A DNA stretch of 64,000 bases. Source: Utricularia gibba (Eukaryota; Plantae; Magnoliophyta). The position numbers and the translations under genes were made by a program. The stretch is from contig NEEC01000026.1 in assembly GCA_002189035.1 (NCBI GenBank), positions 310,001-374,000 on the forward strand. The letters run 5' to 3'. The notes under the pieces are model-generated. The model made no database searches and had not been told where the DNA came from. It saw only the letters and a list, made by a program, of their open reading frames with translations. Below are positions 25,461 through 39,475 of the stretch, piece by piece (the stretch's first letter is position 1; every line of letters begins with the position of its first letter).

Positions 25461-25630
25461 AAGTGGTTGTAATGCTTGTGTTTGTATATTTATGGTTATA
25501 ATAGTTCTTGGTAAGTTTAGAGATAGAAGAATGTCATAATATAAAAAAGTAAATTTATGCTCCATTAGGAATTAGAAGGTAAAAGTGGTCTTGTGTCCTC
25601 TTCTCTTATGGATAGGCATGGCATCATGGT

Positions 25631-26150
25631 TGATGGGGTACAAATCAGATGCGGTTAATCGGTCCCTGAAAAGCTACCAAAAGATGCTTTGATGGGATAG
25701 TGCCGGCCGATAGACTGAAAAGCTACCAAAAGATGCTACCAAAAGATGCTACCAAAAGATGCTTTGACAACAGCGGCCGTATTGCACAGTCTGAAAAGTG
25801 GCCGAATTACAGCAGAGCAAGCAGCGATCATCTGAAAAGTAGGATCACAGTGAAGGCACAGAAAGCAACCAACATCTACAAAATTCTGAATAGAAAGTGG
25901 TTCGTCTCTAAGCTCCCCAACCTGTATCTTTCCCCACCATCTCCGTCTAGTGAAGATTTTTCCGGCGAGCTCCGACAGCTCCGTAGTTTTTCCATTCTCC
26001 GACGATTTCCATGTATCAATCTCCACCCACCTTCATTTCTGCTAAACGAACCAAGCGAAACACCAAAAACTTAACCAGATGTGGCACATCCGGCTGCACT
26101 CATAACCCAAAAATTGGCCTCCTCTCAGATACCGATTTTCGCCCTCAACA
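25631..26150 (+). repeat. 5' LTR of Tat element B (520 bp), containing a 13-bp x3 microrepeat (GCTACCAAAAGAT)
   Basis: TG...CA ends; followed by PBS-like TTTGGTGTCCACCATGGGGC (26152-26171); homologous to 4709-5222. Confidence 0.9.
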
Positions 26151-26174
26151 TTTTGGTGTCCACCATGGGGCAAG

Positions 26175-29100
26175 ATCTATTGTCCCACTCGAGAAATCAA
26201 CAGAAGAGAGCTTGAAATCTTATCGGGAGTTGGTGTTGCTCTTCACTACCCAATATGTTGTCAACATCAAAGCCCCACCTTCAAAGGCAACGTTGTACTC
26301 TATTCGGTATGACCACCGAAAAGAGAGCTTGAGAAGATTCATCGACCGATTAAACTGCTTAGCGCATGATGTTTAGTTAGATTTGAAGGAGAGAGTGGAA
26401 ATAATGAAGCGAGCCCTAGGAACGTAGAAACTGGGATAGAGTCTGTCTAAGTCCCCACCAAAGAACCTTGGGGAATTACTGAGAAAGATCATGAAATACA
26501 TCCGAGTTGATGACGACCTCAGAGTCGAAATAAAAAGCCGCATAGAAATCCAGCCGATCTCACAGCAAGAAGTGCAGCCCAACAGGGTCCCCCGACTGAT
26601 AAGCGCCACGAGTGTATCAGGTGGAACCGACCAGAACAGACACCTATTGTGAGATAAACAAGACAACAGGACACGACGCTATCGACTGCCGGGTGATGAA
26701 AAGGATGATTGAGCAATATCATGCTGACGGTGGGATGAATGGTACAACACAAAATCCGCAGGAAGGGCGGAACGAAAAAGGGGACTTAATGAACACACGG
26801 GGAACGAAGGTAGCCGATATCTGAAATTCCCCTCAAGATCAACAGGGGGAGTCCTGCGCGTCAGCAGATGCCTGGACCCCGAAAGGGAACGAGACTGACC
26901 GGAAAGTTCAAGAAACGTCAGCCGGGCATAAGGTAGTCTCCCCTATGTCCGGGAAATCCATATGGTATTCGAAGGGACCGAAATCGATGAATCCGCAAAG
27001 GCAAGGAAAAGATATTTGGAGGAGGCTAGAAGGGGAGAAGTCTTTGAAATCGGGAAAGGTCAGATTGAGAAAATCGCTTGGGAAGAGGAGGAGATCAAAT
27101 TCTGTGAAAGAGATGTTCCCGTCGGCCCAGCCACACGAAATGAACCTTTGGTGGTAGCGGGATATGCGGAAGCACCAAGGTAAGAAGGATTATCATCGAT
27201 CAGGGATCCTTCTGCAATATCATGAAGAAAGAAGCTGCCGAGTTACTTGCATCATCTAAGGAGGGGGATATCCATCTAACCCGCATGGAGTTGTACGCAT
27301 TTGATCAACGGGCCGTGCAGACAGTCGGAAAAATAACCCTGCAGGCCGAAACCGGACCGAAAGACTGGAGTTCTTGATATTGGACTCGAAGGTCTCATAT
27401 AACATCATTCTTGGCCAACCCGGCATCAACCAATTCGGTATGTAACCCTCAACGATGCATTTGAGAGTTAAGTTTCCAACACCAAGGGGCATTTGTACAC
27501 TGGATATCGACCAACCAGCCGCCCAATCCTGTTATGTGTCTTCTTGCTGAGATCCCTGCGCGAAGAAACCAAGAATAATGATGGTGGAAAAGGAACCCGA
27601 GAACCTCCCATGTGAGCAATGGAACCGGTGAGGTACAAGTCACTACAGTTAGTACCAGGAGATGTATAGAAGATGACCCACATTGACTCTAACCAAAATA
27701 CCGAATTTTAGGAGAGGTTAGTGGAACTTCTAAGAAAGAATGTTGATGTCTTTGCCTGGACTACTGTAGACTTTGTAGGTATCAGCTGAGCTATCACCGA
27801 ACATCATACTGGTACTTACCCGGGGGTGAAGCCTATTCGACAAAAGCAACAACATTTTTCTGAAGAAAAGTGTCGGATCATTAAAGAGAAAACGAGAGAG
27901 CTACTGGAAGCTGTATACGTGAAGGAGATTCAGTACTCCGAATGGGTAGCCAACCCTGTCATCGTCCCAAAGCCCGGGGGAAAATGGAGAATGTTTGTTG
28001 ACTTCACCGACCTCAACGCATGCTATGAGAGGGATCCTTACCCTTGTTGAAGATTGATAAGCTGGTAGATGCCATTGTTGGATCCCGATTTCTGAGCACC
28101 ATTGTTGTAGAGAAGGACCAGCCGAAAACCACCTTCTACACAAAGGACGGGGTTTACTGCTATGTTGCGATGCCCTTCAGTTTGAAGAATGTTAGGGCTA
28201 CTTATCAGAGATTGGTGAACAAAATCTTTTCTTGTGAAATAAGCACTTCTATGGAGGTGTATCTAGACGATATGATCATAAAATCCATGAATGAAGAAGA
28301 TCATTTGGAGTATTTGAACTCTTGTTTCTCTATGTCGGTCATATGGATTAAAACTCAACCCGCTGTAATGTTGCTTCGGGGGTACAAAGCGGAAAATTCC
28401 TTGGGCATTATGTATCGGAGAGAGGGATCGAAGCTGATCTTGCGAAGATTAAGGCAATATGTGAGATGCAATCCCCAAGAACAATCAAGGAGTATCAGAG
28501 CCTCACAGGTAAATTGGGTGCTCTCAACCGATTCATATCTCGGTCGGTAGATAAGTCAGCATCCTTCTTCAAGGCCCTTCGAAAGGGAAATACTATGGAA
28601 TGGAACGAGGATTGTCAGACTGTTTTCAAAAAGCTCAAGGAGTACCTTTCATCGCCTCCACTTCTGGTGGCCCCAAAGGAAGGGGAGCCCTTGGGGCTTT
28701 ACCTATCTATATCAATCATTGCAGTCAGTGCAATCTTGACAACTATCTCTGGGGAAAAAAACCTGCCGGTGTATTATGTGAGCAAGGTTCTGCTACCAGC
28801 CGAAAGCCAGTACACAGTGACAGAGAAATTCATGTTGGCTCTAAAAATGGTGGCCACCAAGCTGAAATCATATTTCCAAGATCGGAGCCTCTGAAGAATA
28901 TCTTGTCTTGACCCGAAATTTCCAAAAGGGTCACCAAATGGGCGGTCGAATTAAGCACAGTGGATATCGAATTCAAGTTGAGAACGGCTATCAAAGCCCA
29001 GCCTCTTGCCGATTTTTTGGTCGAGATGACTCAGCCAACCTGACCGATTTGTGGAAACCAATGACCGATGGGCCATGTATGTTGATGGCTCGACATACAA

Positions 29101-30802
29101 TGGGGCTGGAGGAGGAATCGACATTAGAACTCGGGATGGGGAACACATCTATATCACGGTGAAATTCTCATTGCCCGCTACCAATAATATCGCCGAGTAT
29201 GAAGCCTTGATCGAAGGGTTGAAGGTGGCCAAGGAACTTGGAGTTGCAGAAGTCGATGCACACACCGATTAACGACTAGTGCAAGGACAATTTTCTAGCG
29301 AGTATGAAACTCACGATCCATTAATGGCTTTATATAGCATGAAGGTAAAGGAGTTGGTGAAGACCTTCAAGGAATTTACTTTATCACACGTGGCATGTGA
29401 AGAAAATGGGCCCGTGGATAGCCTTGCCTGATTTGTCGCGAGATTTCAGGAATTAAAGGAAGGGAATGTGACGATTCGATTGCAGGATCAGCCCTCGGTA
29501 ATATTACGGGCAATAAACCATATCACCCAACGACCGGCAAATGATATCTCTCTGCAACTAAATCCCCTTGAAGATTTGACGACGCCCTATATTCGGCATC
29601 TGCAGAGTGGAGAAATGCTATCTAATAAATCGGAGGCATGAAAATTGGAGATTAGAGCAAAGAGGTACACATTGGTGGACGGAATTCCTTATCGAAGATC
29701 TTTTGAGGGACCTCTACTGAGGTGCATTGGAAAAGAGCAATCTCAAGACCTCATAACTGATTTGCATGATGGGGAATGTGGCAGTCATGTTTGGATACGA
29801 TCATTGTGCAGAAAGGCAATGAGAAGCGGATACTATTGGCCAACTATGAAGCAAGATATTGCTGAAGTGGTGAGGAAGTGCAAGGTATGTCACTATCATG
29901 CGAGTATACCAAGACAACCGGTAAACAACCTAACCACTCTTCCACTCTCATGCCCGTTTGATCACTGGGGGCTGGATATCATGGGGCCCTTCCCCCAAAC
30001 CTTCAGCCAACAAAAATTCGTTATCATGGGGATTGAATACTTCTCCAAATGGGTAGAAGCGGAAGCCGTGGCGAAAATTTCAGAGGAAACTGTTATATTA
30101 TTTCTATGGAAAAACGTCTTCATCCGATTTGGGAAACCCCGAGAGCTTGTAACCGGCAACAGAACCTAGTTTGCTGAAGGGAGGATGGATGCTTTTCTAG
30201 ACAAGTATTCAATCAAGCACAACTTCACTTCGGTCTATCATCCTCAGAGCAATGGCCTCACGGAGGTAACAAACCGAATTCTCAGACAAGGTATGAAAAC
30301 CAAACTTGAGGATTTTGGAGGGTCATGGGCAGACCGGTTGGATGAGGTGCTATGGTCATATCGCACCACCCCTCAAACCACTATGGAAGAATCCCCATTC
30401 TTATTGGTTTATGGATCAGAAGCAATATGCCCAATTGAATTAATGCTGAAAAGCCACAAGGTGGAACACTATAATGAAGAGGAAAATGCAGATCTACGAA
30501 AACTGGAGCTGGGACTGTTGGAGGAAAAAAGACAGAGTATTTATAGCCGACTAGGGGCTTGTCAAAGAAGAACGGAAAAGAATTACAACAAGTCTATATC
30601 CCTAAGAGAATTCTTGGAAGGAGACTTGGTGCTCCAAAGCATCCAACCACAAAGACATGTGGGAAAATTAGACCGCAATTGGGAAGGCCCTTATCGGATT
30701 TCAAGGGTAATCGGAAAAGGAGCGTATCGCCTACAACGGCCAGATGACGTGGAATTTCCAAGGTCATGGAATGCATCACATCTGAGGAAATACTCCCCCT
30801 AG
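26175..30802 (+). pseudogene. gag-pol pseudogene of element B
   Basis: gag ESLRRFIDRLN; protease IIIDQGS (~27190); RT KWRMFVDFTDLN and YLDDMII; RNase H YVDGST; integrase HDGECGSH..CKVC, WGLDIMGP, HPQSNGLTE, WEGPYRI. Many stops and frameshifts. Confidence 0.93.
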
Positions 30803-30924
30803 TTGGCCAAATATCAATCCCAATTACAAATCCTTACAGGACACGGTATTCTCTTCATCAAAACACTCAAGTGGCTACATATTCCTCCGAAGTGAAGATG
30901 AATTAACAACATCGTAAGCCTTGG

Positions 30925-31700
30925 CCGAGTTATGTAAGCCCAGGCAAACCCTTCTGATCTAAGCCTCGCAAAGGGCACAGCAAGCTAACTAGGGGCTTCC
31001 ACCGAAATGTGAGATCCTCAAAACCCAGGCTCCAGTGACAAGGGTAAGCCCTGGTAAACTCGGGCACCAGTTTTCCTAAAATCGCACGCATAAGCCTCGA
31101 AACAGCCCTTAAGTACATAACTTACTGCCGAATCTTGAGTCGGCAAGAGCACCCAAAGCAAATTCGTCTATGCTTTTAAAATAATGGGATTTCGGCTAGA
31201 AGAGGGCCCACTCGGATTGGGAAAGTTCGACCCATGAGGGGTTTCGATCTACTTCCCTAGCAGCAATTCAGCTCGCGTAAGGAAAGACTAAGGCAAATAA
31301 AAGTCGAAAAGCCCAACCAAACGGTTTGCAACAGACATACGACTTCCAAGTCATGAAAGCCCACGCAAACCTTCCAAATCTAAAGCTCGCAATGGGCTCC
31401 GCAAACCAACTCAGGGCTTCCCCCGAAATGTGAGATCCTCAAAACCCAGGCTCCAGTGACAAGGGTTAGCCCTGGTACAACTCGGGCACCGATTTCCCTA
31501 AAACCGTTCGTGTAAGACCCGAAAAACACAGATATGACTATGTCCTGAAAGCATATATCTGGCCAAGAGAGGGCCTATTTGAATTGGGGAAGTAAATCAG
31601 CCTAAGAGAGGTTCTGAGTTACAACCGTAGCAGCGAGTTGCACGTGCAAGAGAATACTTAGGCAAAGAGCCCAACCCAATGGTTGGCAAACACACAACTT
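30925..31700 (+). repeat. ~422-bp tandem repeats between pol and the antisense ORF
   Basis: GGGCTTCC.CCGAAATGTGAGATCCTCAAAACCCAGGCTCCAGTGACAAGGG at ~30992 and ~31414; partial copy upstream. Confidence 0.85.
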
Positions 31701-31857
31701 TCAAATCGGGAAAGGTAATCAAGCCAATATAAGATGGGGAAATTCTCCCAAAAATCGAATAAAGTCAAGCCCCCAAATCGGGGCAATTGCAAGCCGTTTA
31801 AACCCCAAATCGGGGACAACAATGCTAGTTCCAGAAGAGCAAAGGAAAAGGAAAAAA

Positions 31858-34062
31858 TTAAAGTTTAGGAGAAGGAGAGGGATCAATACGGGGACCGACA
31901 GAGGGCTGACGTGCCCTCTAGCCTCGCTTGCAGCTTGGCCTTGTTTTTCCGCTAGATCCTTGCTCGAATCAATGCTATTAGACCATCTTGATCTGCCTCA
32001 ACCCGAATTCCGGGGCTTGATACACGTCCACGATAACATCTAGCATATTTTCATCCTTGGCCAAGGGTTGATCCTGTTGAAGCGCGGATCGGTGATTGAT
32101 AGCCTGCATTCCCGGCTGAACTGGCGCCTTTGCCGATACAGGAGTAGGCCGATAAGGTCCCCCAAGTATATGTCGGATAACTCAGAGAAGAGGGCCGAAT
32201 TCACAAAGTTGTCCAAAAATCCTCGCCGAGATGCTTCTTGTTCAAGCAATTCAGCCTCCAGGGCCGCAACGCGATCTCCAACCTACTTTAGTTCCGCCTC
32301 TATTTCCTCGAACCTTACTCTGAAGCCTTCTCTTTCTGATTTGGCATCATCAACTGCTTTTCCCATTTCTTGGACCGCGTTCCGCAACTCTTCCTCTTGA
32401 CGAGTACGCTTTCCCAGAACCGTCCTAAGTGAACTCCCCTCCTCCTCCAGCAGCTTCGTCTTGGTGTTTTGAGCCGCCACCTAGGTCTAAAGCCGGGAGA
32501 CTATCTCTGAGTGGGATCCCATCTCCTTGGCCATTCCCCATACGAAAGTCAAAGCCTGAGAAAAGACTATTAAGTTAAGAATCGACTATGTATGGCACTA
32601 AGAAGGAAGAAGACGAATACCTGCCAAATTCCCTTAAGCAGAATTTCCGACTGAACATCCGGAAGACTCGGCATGGCTTCCTCTAGCATTCTCCTTAATT
32701 TGGCCGGAACCAAAGATAGAGGAAGTGCCGGATCGCCCCTTACCTTTATTGGAGCAGAATCCCTTCATGTCTCATTTGGGGAGCTGATTTGTCCAAAAAA
32801 AGTCCCGTACCGAAAACCGGGACTTCGTCTGGATCAGGCGAAGGAGAAAGTTTCTCCTTTCCCTTTCCGGTAGATGGAGGAGTCGGCTCCCAAGTCCCGG
32901 AGACTTCTACTACTTGATCCTCCTCTGAGGAGTGATCAGCAGCATTTGGTTGAGCCTCTGGTGAACCAGCCTAAATGAAGAATTGAAAGGGGTCAGAATT
33001 GGGAATCTACTATAATCGATAAATAAAAGGCAGACCTGCACAAGAGGGGTCACCTCGGGTTCCTGCATCCTCTACATCTCGGCAGAGAAGCGGGCCATCA
33101 CCGAGTCTTCCAAGGCGTTCCTTCGGGCCATCTCTTCAGCTGCAGACAAAAACCGGGAGAATAGTAAGATGCAACACAAGTCTTGAAACTCAGGAAAGTA
33201 GAACCTAACTACCTCTTTGTTTCTTAGAGTTTTTTATGGGCAAGCGCCTTAACCCTCTTCTTTTTCTTAGAGACCGCGGGTTGAGCGGTTGGGGGAATCA
33301 GAGATGAAACAGAAATGAGGGGGAGACTCAGAGAAGGGTTGGAAGGAGGATTCTGTAAACCGGGACCTTCAGAAGGCACGATGTCGGGCCAATGGGGATC
33401 GCGAGAACGACCGATAATACCTGACCTCTTCAGCGATTCACTGGAGAACATCAAGGCACGAGATTCATACCGGATAGAACCTCAACTAAGCCTTTCATAT
33501 AGGACTTCACGGGATTCGGAAGAGGACCGATATGTGCCAAAAAGCTTCACTCTAAAGGGTGTTGGGGGATTAACCGAGAAGTTCCACTGAAAACCTGAAG
33601 GGGGTGCCACCTAGAAGAAAGAAGACCACAAATCGTGGTGGGTATTAGGGGCTTTCACGATGAAGTGAGGATTATCCTCAAATCGGCAGAACTAAAAGTG
33701 AGATCGGCCATCCATGGGGGACTTCGCTTTGCGAACAACTATCTTGAAATGGTGAAGAAAATCTACTAAGGTCATAGCCGGATCCATACCAGCCGAATAG
33801 AATAAAAAGGTAGTAAAAAAAAAGATGGAGTTCGGGGAAAGGCAATAAAGCGGTATCGCAAAAGTATGGAGAAAGCGGACTATCAAAGGATGGAGGGGAA
33901 AGCGTAAACCGCTTTCGAAGTAAGCTAGGGGAATCGGCAGACTAGGAGGAAGCAGACCCTCACCTAACTTGATATCCTGGGCATGACAAACTTGGTACTC
34001 ATCAGGGATCGAATACCGAATTCGAAGAGAAGGAATGTTAACTCGCTAGATCTCCTACCCAT
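31858..34062 (-). pseudogene. Antisense additional ORF of element B: Transposase_28 (PF04195)-like domain plus coiled coil, spliced
   Basis: [20 protein letters not shown]...AYFESGLRFPLHPLIVRFLHTFAIPLYCLSPNSI; GT-AG intron 32556-32620 (KGIWQ|ALTFVWGMAKE); possible second intron 33140-33212. Stops and frameshifts present. Confidence 0.75.
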
Positions 34063-34154
34063 TTTCCGAAGGATGAAAGAGAAACCTACCCAGGCGCAAA
34101 GCGTAACCAGGAATGTGAGGAGTTAGGAGAAGAAGAGAGAGTCTGGAAACCTTA

Positions 34155-35200
34155 GAACTTGAATGAAAAACAGTTTCCATTCTAGCCATAGTAGCAAAAA
34201 CTTCATCAAAATCAATCCCTTCCTTTTTCTTATATCCTTTAGAAACTAGACGTGCCTTAAATATCTCAATTTCGTCACCATCTTTGTTTTCAATTTTGAA
34301 AACCCATTTCACTCCTATAATTGTTTTTAAGGAGGTTTTTCACCAATTTCCAAGTATCATTGCTTTTGATTAATTCAATTTCTTCAATCGTAGTCTTTCT
34401 CCACTTTAGATTAGAGACTACCTTAAAACTCAAAGGCTCAGTTTCTGCAATCAAACAAAATATGAAAAAAAAATATTCACTTTGTGTAGAAATTCTTCAC
34501 AAATTCCCATGATTAGTGAATTTGATAAATCAATGACAATCATTAAAATGTCTCGGATGATGTACTCAATTCTCCTAGAAACTTGTATTGATTATTAATT
34601 CCATTAGTATCAAGAGGCTCTTCTTATTGTGTCCCAAAGCATTCATCATCAATATACGAGTATGCATGACCACTTCTTGAAGCATCTTTCCAATCCCATG
34701 TTGATGCTTCATTGAAAGTAATTTTCATGTTGATAATTACCTTCCCAATAAGTAGATTGAACACCCTATATGCCTTAGAGTTTTGATCGTATCTAATAAA
34801 CACCATCTTTTGTGTTTTATCATTAAGCTTTGTTCTTAGTTCATCATGATCGTATCAAAACCTTATATGCCACGTCCAAGCTTTAGCTCCGTAATAAGTC
34901 TACAAACATATGGGAGTAGCATGATTAATAGTGATAAAAAAACATTTGATTCACAATCAGTTCCACAATCGCAATGACTTTCTTCTTTTCATCTTGTACT
35001 TCCAACTTGTTGTTTCTCAAATACATATCGAAACCCCTCTCAAAGAGTTGTCCTAAACTCAAATTATTGCATCTCACTCTTGGAATGAACAACAAACTAG
35101 AACTGATTTTGTGGTTTCCATCACTGAAGTAGAATAAGATATCACCTTTCCCCTTTCACTATGTAATTGTTGCTTTTGCATATTTAGTTGGTAAAGATGT
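34155..35200 (-). mobile_element. Degenerate Ty1/copia fragment (integrase C-terminus and RT start)
   Basis: KWVFKIE...[23 protein letters not shown]; MVFIRYDQNSKAYRVFN. Confidence 0.85.
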
Positions 35201-35359
35201 GTTTATTATGAAAATACGCTCAATTAGAAAAAATTAGGCCAAAAACTCTAATATTCCCTCTAGTTTATGTTTAGGTATTAATAAGAATATTGGGGATGTA
35301 CTTTCCATGTTGAGAAGTAAAAGGGGGCAGAAAAACTGAGAAAAAGTACCTTTTAGTCA

Positions 35360-35760
35360 AAATAAGTTAACTTCTAGAAAGAAATGATATGGAGTAGAGA
35401 TTTGCCTTCCAGAACACCATAGAATAGACGGAGATAACCTTCTTTTGAGTGGGAAAGAAAAGAAGGAATGAGAAAGAATAGAAAACCCAAGTCAAGGAGA
35501 ACAATGGTTTTTTGATGATAGCTCTGGACAACTTTGAAATCCACACACACAGACCAGGTTTTTCACCCAAACTCTTAGATTGATTAGATCTATGACTAAT
35601 TGCAATCGATTAACACTCTGTTTTTGCTTTCCGTTTCATTGTTTCAGGCCAACGTGTTTCTGTATTCTCTATATTTTCCTTTTGACTCTTGTGTTCAGTT
35701 GTGAACGAGAAACTTTCCGTAGACAATATTTTAGTTTATGCACTTGTTTCTGCCTGAGTT
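35360..35760 (+). repeat. Diverged fragment of the 37263/1496 LTR family
   Basis: GATATGGAG.AGAGAT...CTTC.AGAA and GTGAACG..AAACT...GTAGAC blocks match 37540-37950. Confidence 0.65.
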
Positions 35761-37262
35761 CTTTGATTCCTAGCTATTGAGCGTCATTTTCTTACTATTT
35801 TTTAGGTCATTTTCAATGTTTAAGTGTAATTAGAATTGTCAAATTGTAGGTCTATAATATAAGTTTTAAGTTTTATCTAGATTAGGGTAATTATCTTAAT
35901 TTATGTGTTTTATCAAATGTTTTTGTCTAGTTTTGTTTAAGTATTATTAAGAGCGAATACATGGCAGGAAGTGTGAGAAAGAGAGTATCACATGGCGACA
36001 AAAAAGGTCTTTCCGAATTGAATTTTCCTTGAATTTTGAAAGACTGTAGATGCACAATGACGAGCCTTGATGTGTGGTACATGAAAGTCTCTGACAGATG
36101 AAATCATTAGCATATCAACGTCAAAGCAGGAGCTTCCTTGCAAGTCATTCATGTCCAACAAGATTAGAAGAACACAAAAACTAAGACATAATTAGTTAAG
36201 TTTCAATTCACACTTGGATTCGAACTTAATTTGAGTTTTAGTTTAGACTTAAGTTTATCTCTAGAACCTTGTTCTTGTTTTCCTTAATTCGTATGGCCGT
36301 TCACAGCTAGAAACTTTTGTTTCTGGGTTGGAGACTCCTAGTTCTACGTTTTGTTAGTTGATCTCCATTTCTTCTTTGAATCTAATCAGGTTGCATATGT
36401 TTCATGATTAGCTGATAATTACCTGTGACTTTTGAAGAGCAACAAGATGGAAAGCACCAACTCATGCCCTATTTGTTCGAGAGATAACGTTTTCTCTTTG
36501 GCTGTACCTCAAGATCAATGGACATATAGTGAACTCGTATCTTGACTCATTGAGTCATTGGCAACACTCGAGCACACGTGTGCAATTCAATTGGTAGGGT
36601 ATGATGAAAGGGCCTCTTACCTTCCCGTTCGTCTAAGGGGAGCAACATCGGTCTGTTCCCGTACCTTCTTACAAGAGAGTGTAATGGAGGGTAAGCAATT
36701 TCTTATTACTATAAGGGAGTGCAAGAGAGTGAACTTGAAAAGATCAGAGAAGAGTGGAGACGCAACAAATGTAGCTAGACATGATTCCAATTCCAAGAAC
36801 GTTCTCTTTATTTATGGTTCATCACTTAAGTTCACTTTCGTTGTTTGTTTTACATTCCCTTTACTCAAGCTTCATCTTTCTCACACCTTTTACTTTACAA
36901 ACCCATTTACAAATCATGATAGTTGCATTCAGTGTAACTTCACCCTTTGCTTGAAAAGCAACTCCTTGTGTACTATGCATTTTTTGTTTTACGAGTTTTA
37001 AAAAACTTTAAAATTTGTTGTGAAAACAGCATGTATCAAATTTTTGGTGTTGTGTTCGGGGAGTTAAATTTTTTTTGTATAAGGTTGAAGTCTTACCAAG
37101 AAGTTGTATATCCTTTAGACCAAGAGGTCGAAAGAACCATTCTTGTCAAAAAGAGGGAGCAAACATCAAGTTCGACCATTAGGGATATTATGGCAGCCCA
37201 TGTACCCGTTGGAGTACCAGTTACGCCTAAGACCCTAGGAGAACAGCCCCAATGGAAACTGC

Positions 37263-38401
37263 TGATAACACTGTTTTTATTGTGTTTTTATATATGTTTT
37301 TAAGTGTATTTTGTAAGGTTAAATGTTTCTTAGGGTGCTAAAATATCTTCTTTTGCGTATTTAGACTGTTGAAATGTGTTTATTGTGAAAACATGCACAA
37401 TTGGCATCAATTGTGCCGAAAACTCTAATATTTCGTCTAGTCTGTGTTTTAAGTCTTACCAGAGTAAGAGCTAGTACTGTAGCAGCGCACTTTCCGCGTT
37501 AACAAGTCAGAAGGGACAGAAAAGCTGAGCAAAAGCCACTTTCCGCCGAATGTAGCCACCCTTCTAAAGAGATAAGATATGGAGCAGAGATCTCCCTTCT
37601 AGAAGCCTAAGGAAAAGAGCCTACACTATGCACGCAGAGTGCACAGATAACGAACAGGAGCGAGCGGGAGCAAGGAGAACTTTGTTTCTCCGGGAAACGT
37701 CTCCGGCGACTTCTAGATCTATACTTTTACACCGTCTTTCCGCCTAGAAACTTGATTTCCAACAAATCTCCAGCCCACATAAGCAGCCTGACTCTTTTAT
37801 TTACAGATTTCTGCACTTCCATTTCTGCGTGAACTTGCTACTGTTATTGTCGTCGTTTTTATGCTTTCTGTTGTATTTCGGCACCCTGTTGTGAACGGAA
37901 AACTATTTGTAGACCTTGTTTTAGCTTATAAACATGTTTCTGTTTAAGCTTTTCACGTTTACTTTTAAGCTTTATATGCACACATACTCTGTTTTTGCAC
38001 ACTCTTACTCTGTTTTTAAGCGTTTCAAAGCTGGGTTTAAGCCTATGGGCTCTCTTGAGTGACACAAGAGCCAGACCCTGGTGTAAAACCCAACCAAATT
38101 AGTTTTAGTTTATGTTTTCTGCATCTTCACGTTAACTTCAGTCCCTTTTTAACCCTGCAACTCGTTTATTCCAGTCATTGTTATTTTAGATCTTACCCAC
38201 GTTAGAACTAAACCCCAGATAACCCCCTGTTTTTAGTAAATGTGATAAACTTTAGGAAATTGAACCCATTCCCTATGGATTCGACCCTTATTGATTAATT
38301 CTTGTGATTTTCATAGTAGAATAGCCAGGTTTATAAATTTCTTTTGATGCGTTGAATGTGCTAGACTGCAACATTTAGCAACCCCATTACAACGTTCATC
38401 A
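37263..38401 (+). mobile_element. Solo LTR (1139 bp) inserted in Athila gag, 5-bp TSD ACTGC
   Basis: TGATA...CATCA ends; ACTGC at 37258-37262 and 38402-38406; same family as 1496-2715. Confidence 0.95.
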
Positions 38402-39183
38402 ACTGCCCAGTATTACCTCTCATTAACTATGGACCAACATTACGGACCACCAAGGAAGAAATCACTGCAAATCATTATGACTGTCCCTTATGCATCATCT
38501 TTGATGTAGAAGAAGAGTATGTGCTATGCCCTTACTTCTTCTAGATGCTTTTGAAGTTTTCTAGAAGGGAAAATGATGACCCTAACCACCATCTTCATGA
38601 GATGCATCAACTGAGTGTTTCCCTTCAACTTTATCGAACAAGCTTTGGAGTGGCTTTATGGACTTCCCCCATCATCTATTGCCACATTGGAGTAGATGGT
38701 TTAAAAATTCTTGGATCGTGTTGCGCCACTAAGAAGAGCATAGTTGGAAGTAGAGCCTTGACAACCATGATGCAAAGAAAAGGAAAAAAACTCACAAGAG
38801 TATTATGATTGTTTCAATTGAATCTGCAACTCCTACCCTTAGTATGGACTCAATGAAGCCCAGATTATTATTATTATCCGAGGATAGATGGATGTCTCTT
38901 GTAATGGATTATTATTAGAGAACCGTCATAGTGCTGATGCTCGAAGACTGATTGAACAAATGGTTGCAAACTTCTATTCTATAGCCAACCATTATGACAA
39001 CTCCTACAGACCATCTGGAGGAAATGTTGGAATAGCGAAAGTGGTCTATGAAGTAGACAACTCAGAAGTATTGGCTCAACTTACAGTAATGAGTGACACG
39101 TTGAAGTTTGGTCTTCAAGCTTTCTTCAAACAAAAGGAAGAATATCAAGGAGCGTCACGTTTCATGCCATCTCATGTTGATCC

Positions 39184-39475
39184 TGTTGGGTTTCTCATAG
39201 ACATCGTATGTCAAAAAAGCAGCGGAATTTAAAAATTTTTAAGAAACCCCAAATGCAGATCTTAGAATACGGTATACGTCAGATAAAGAGACACTGCAAA
39301 TACCTTTCAGTGCACTCCGTTGTTCACCAACCACCAATAGCATATGGCCTCTATGGTATCCACACGTGAAGCACTCCATCGATAATCTTCTCTAGGCTAT
39401 AGAATGTTGGTCGATCTCCTCAGGTACTAGTGGAGAAAATCGCCCCCTTGCGGATCAATCTCACAAAGAACCAAG
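39184..39475 (-). repeat. 3'-end fragment of the 39963/54366 LTR family in inverted orientation
   Basis: TGTTGGGTTTCTCATAGACATCGTATGTC matches 54366 onward and the reverse complement of 41170-41462. Confidence 0.85.

Larger units (their letters stand above)
25631..34150 (+). mobile_element. Tat-type Ty3/gypsy retrotransposon (element B): 5' LTR, PBS, gag-pol, 3' repeats, antisense ORF; 3' end lost at a copia junction
   Basis: Domain order PR-RT-RH-aRH-INT with an extra RNase H and no chromodomain, plus a 3' antisense ORF, as established for the Tat clade. Confidence 0.93.

Noticed and set aside
4709-26150. LTRs at 4709-5222 and 25631-26150 as the two ends of one element
   Set aside because: The first is preceded by a PPT (3' LTR) and the second is followed by a PBS (5' LTR). 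They are clearly diverged, and host genes lie between them.
36558-37001. 147-aa ORF
   Set aside because: It lies inside an Athila-like LTR, has a non-ATG start and no motifs.
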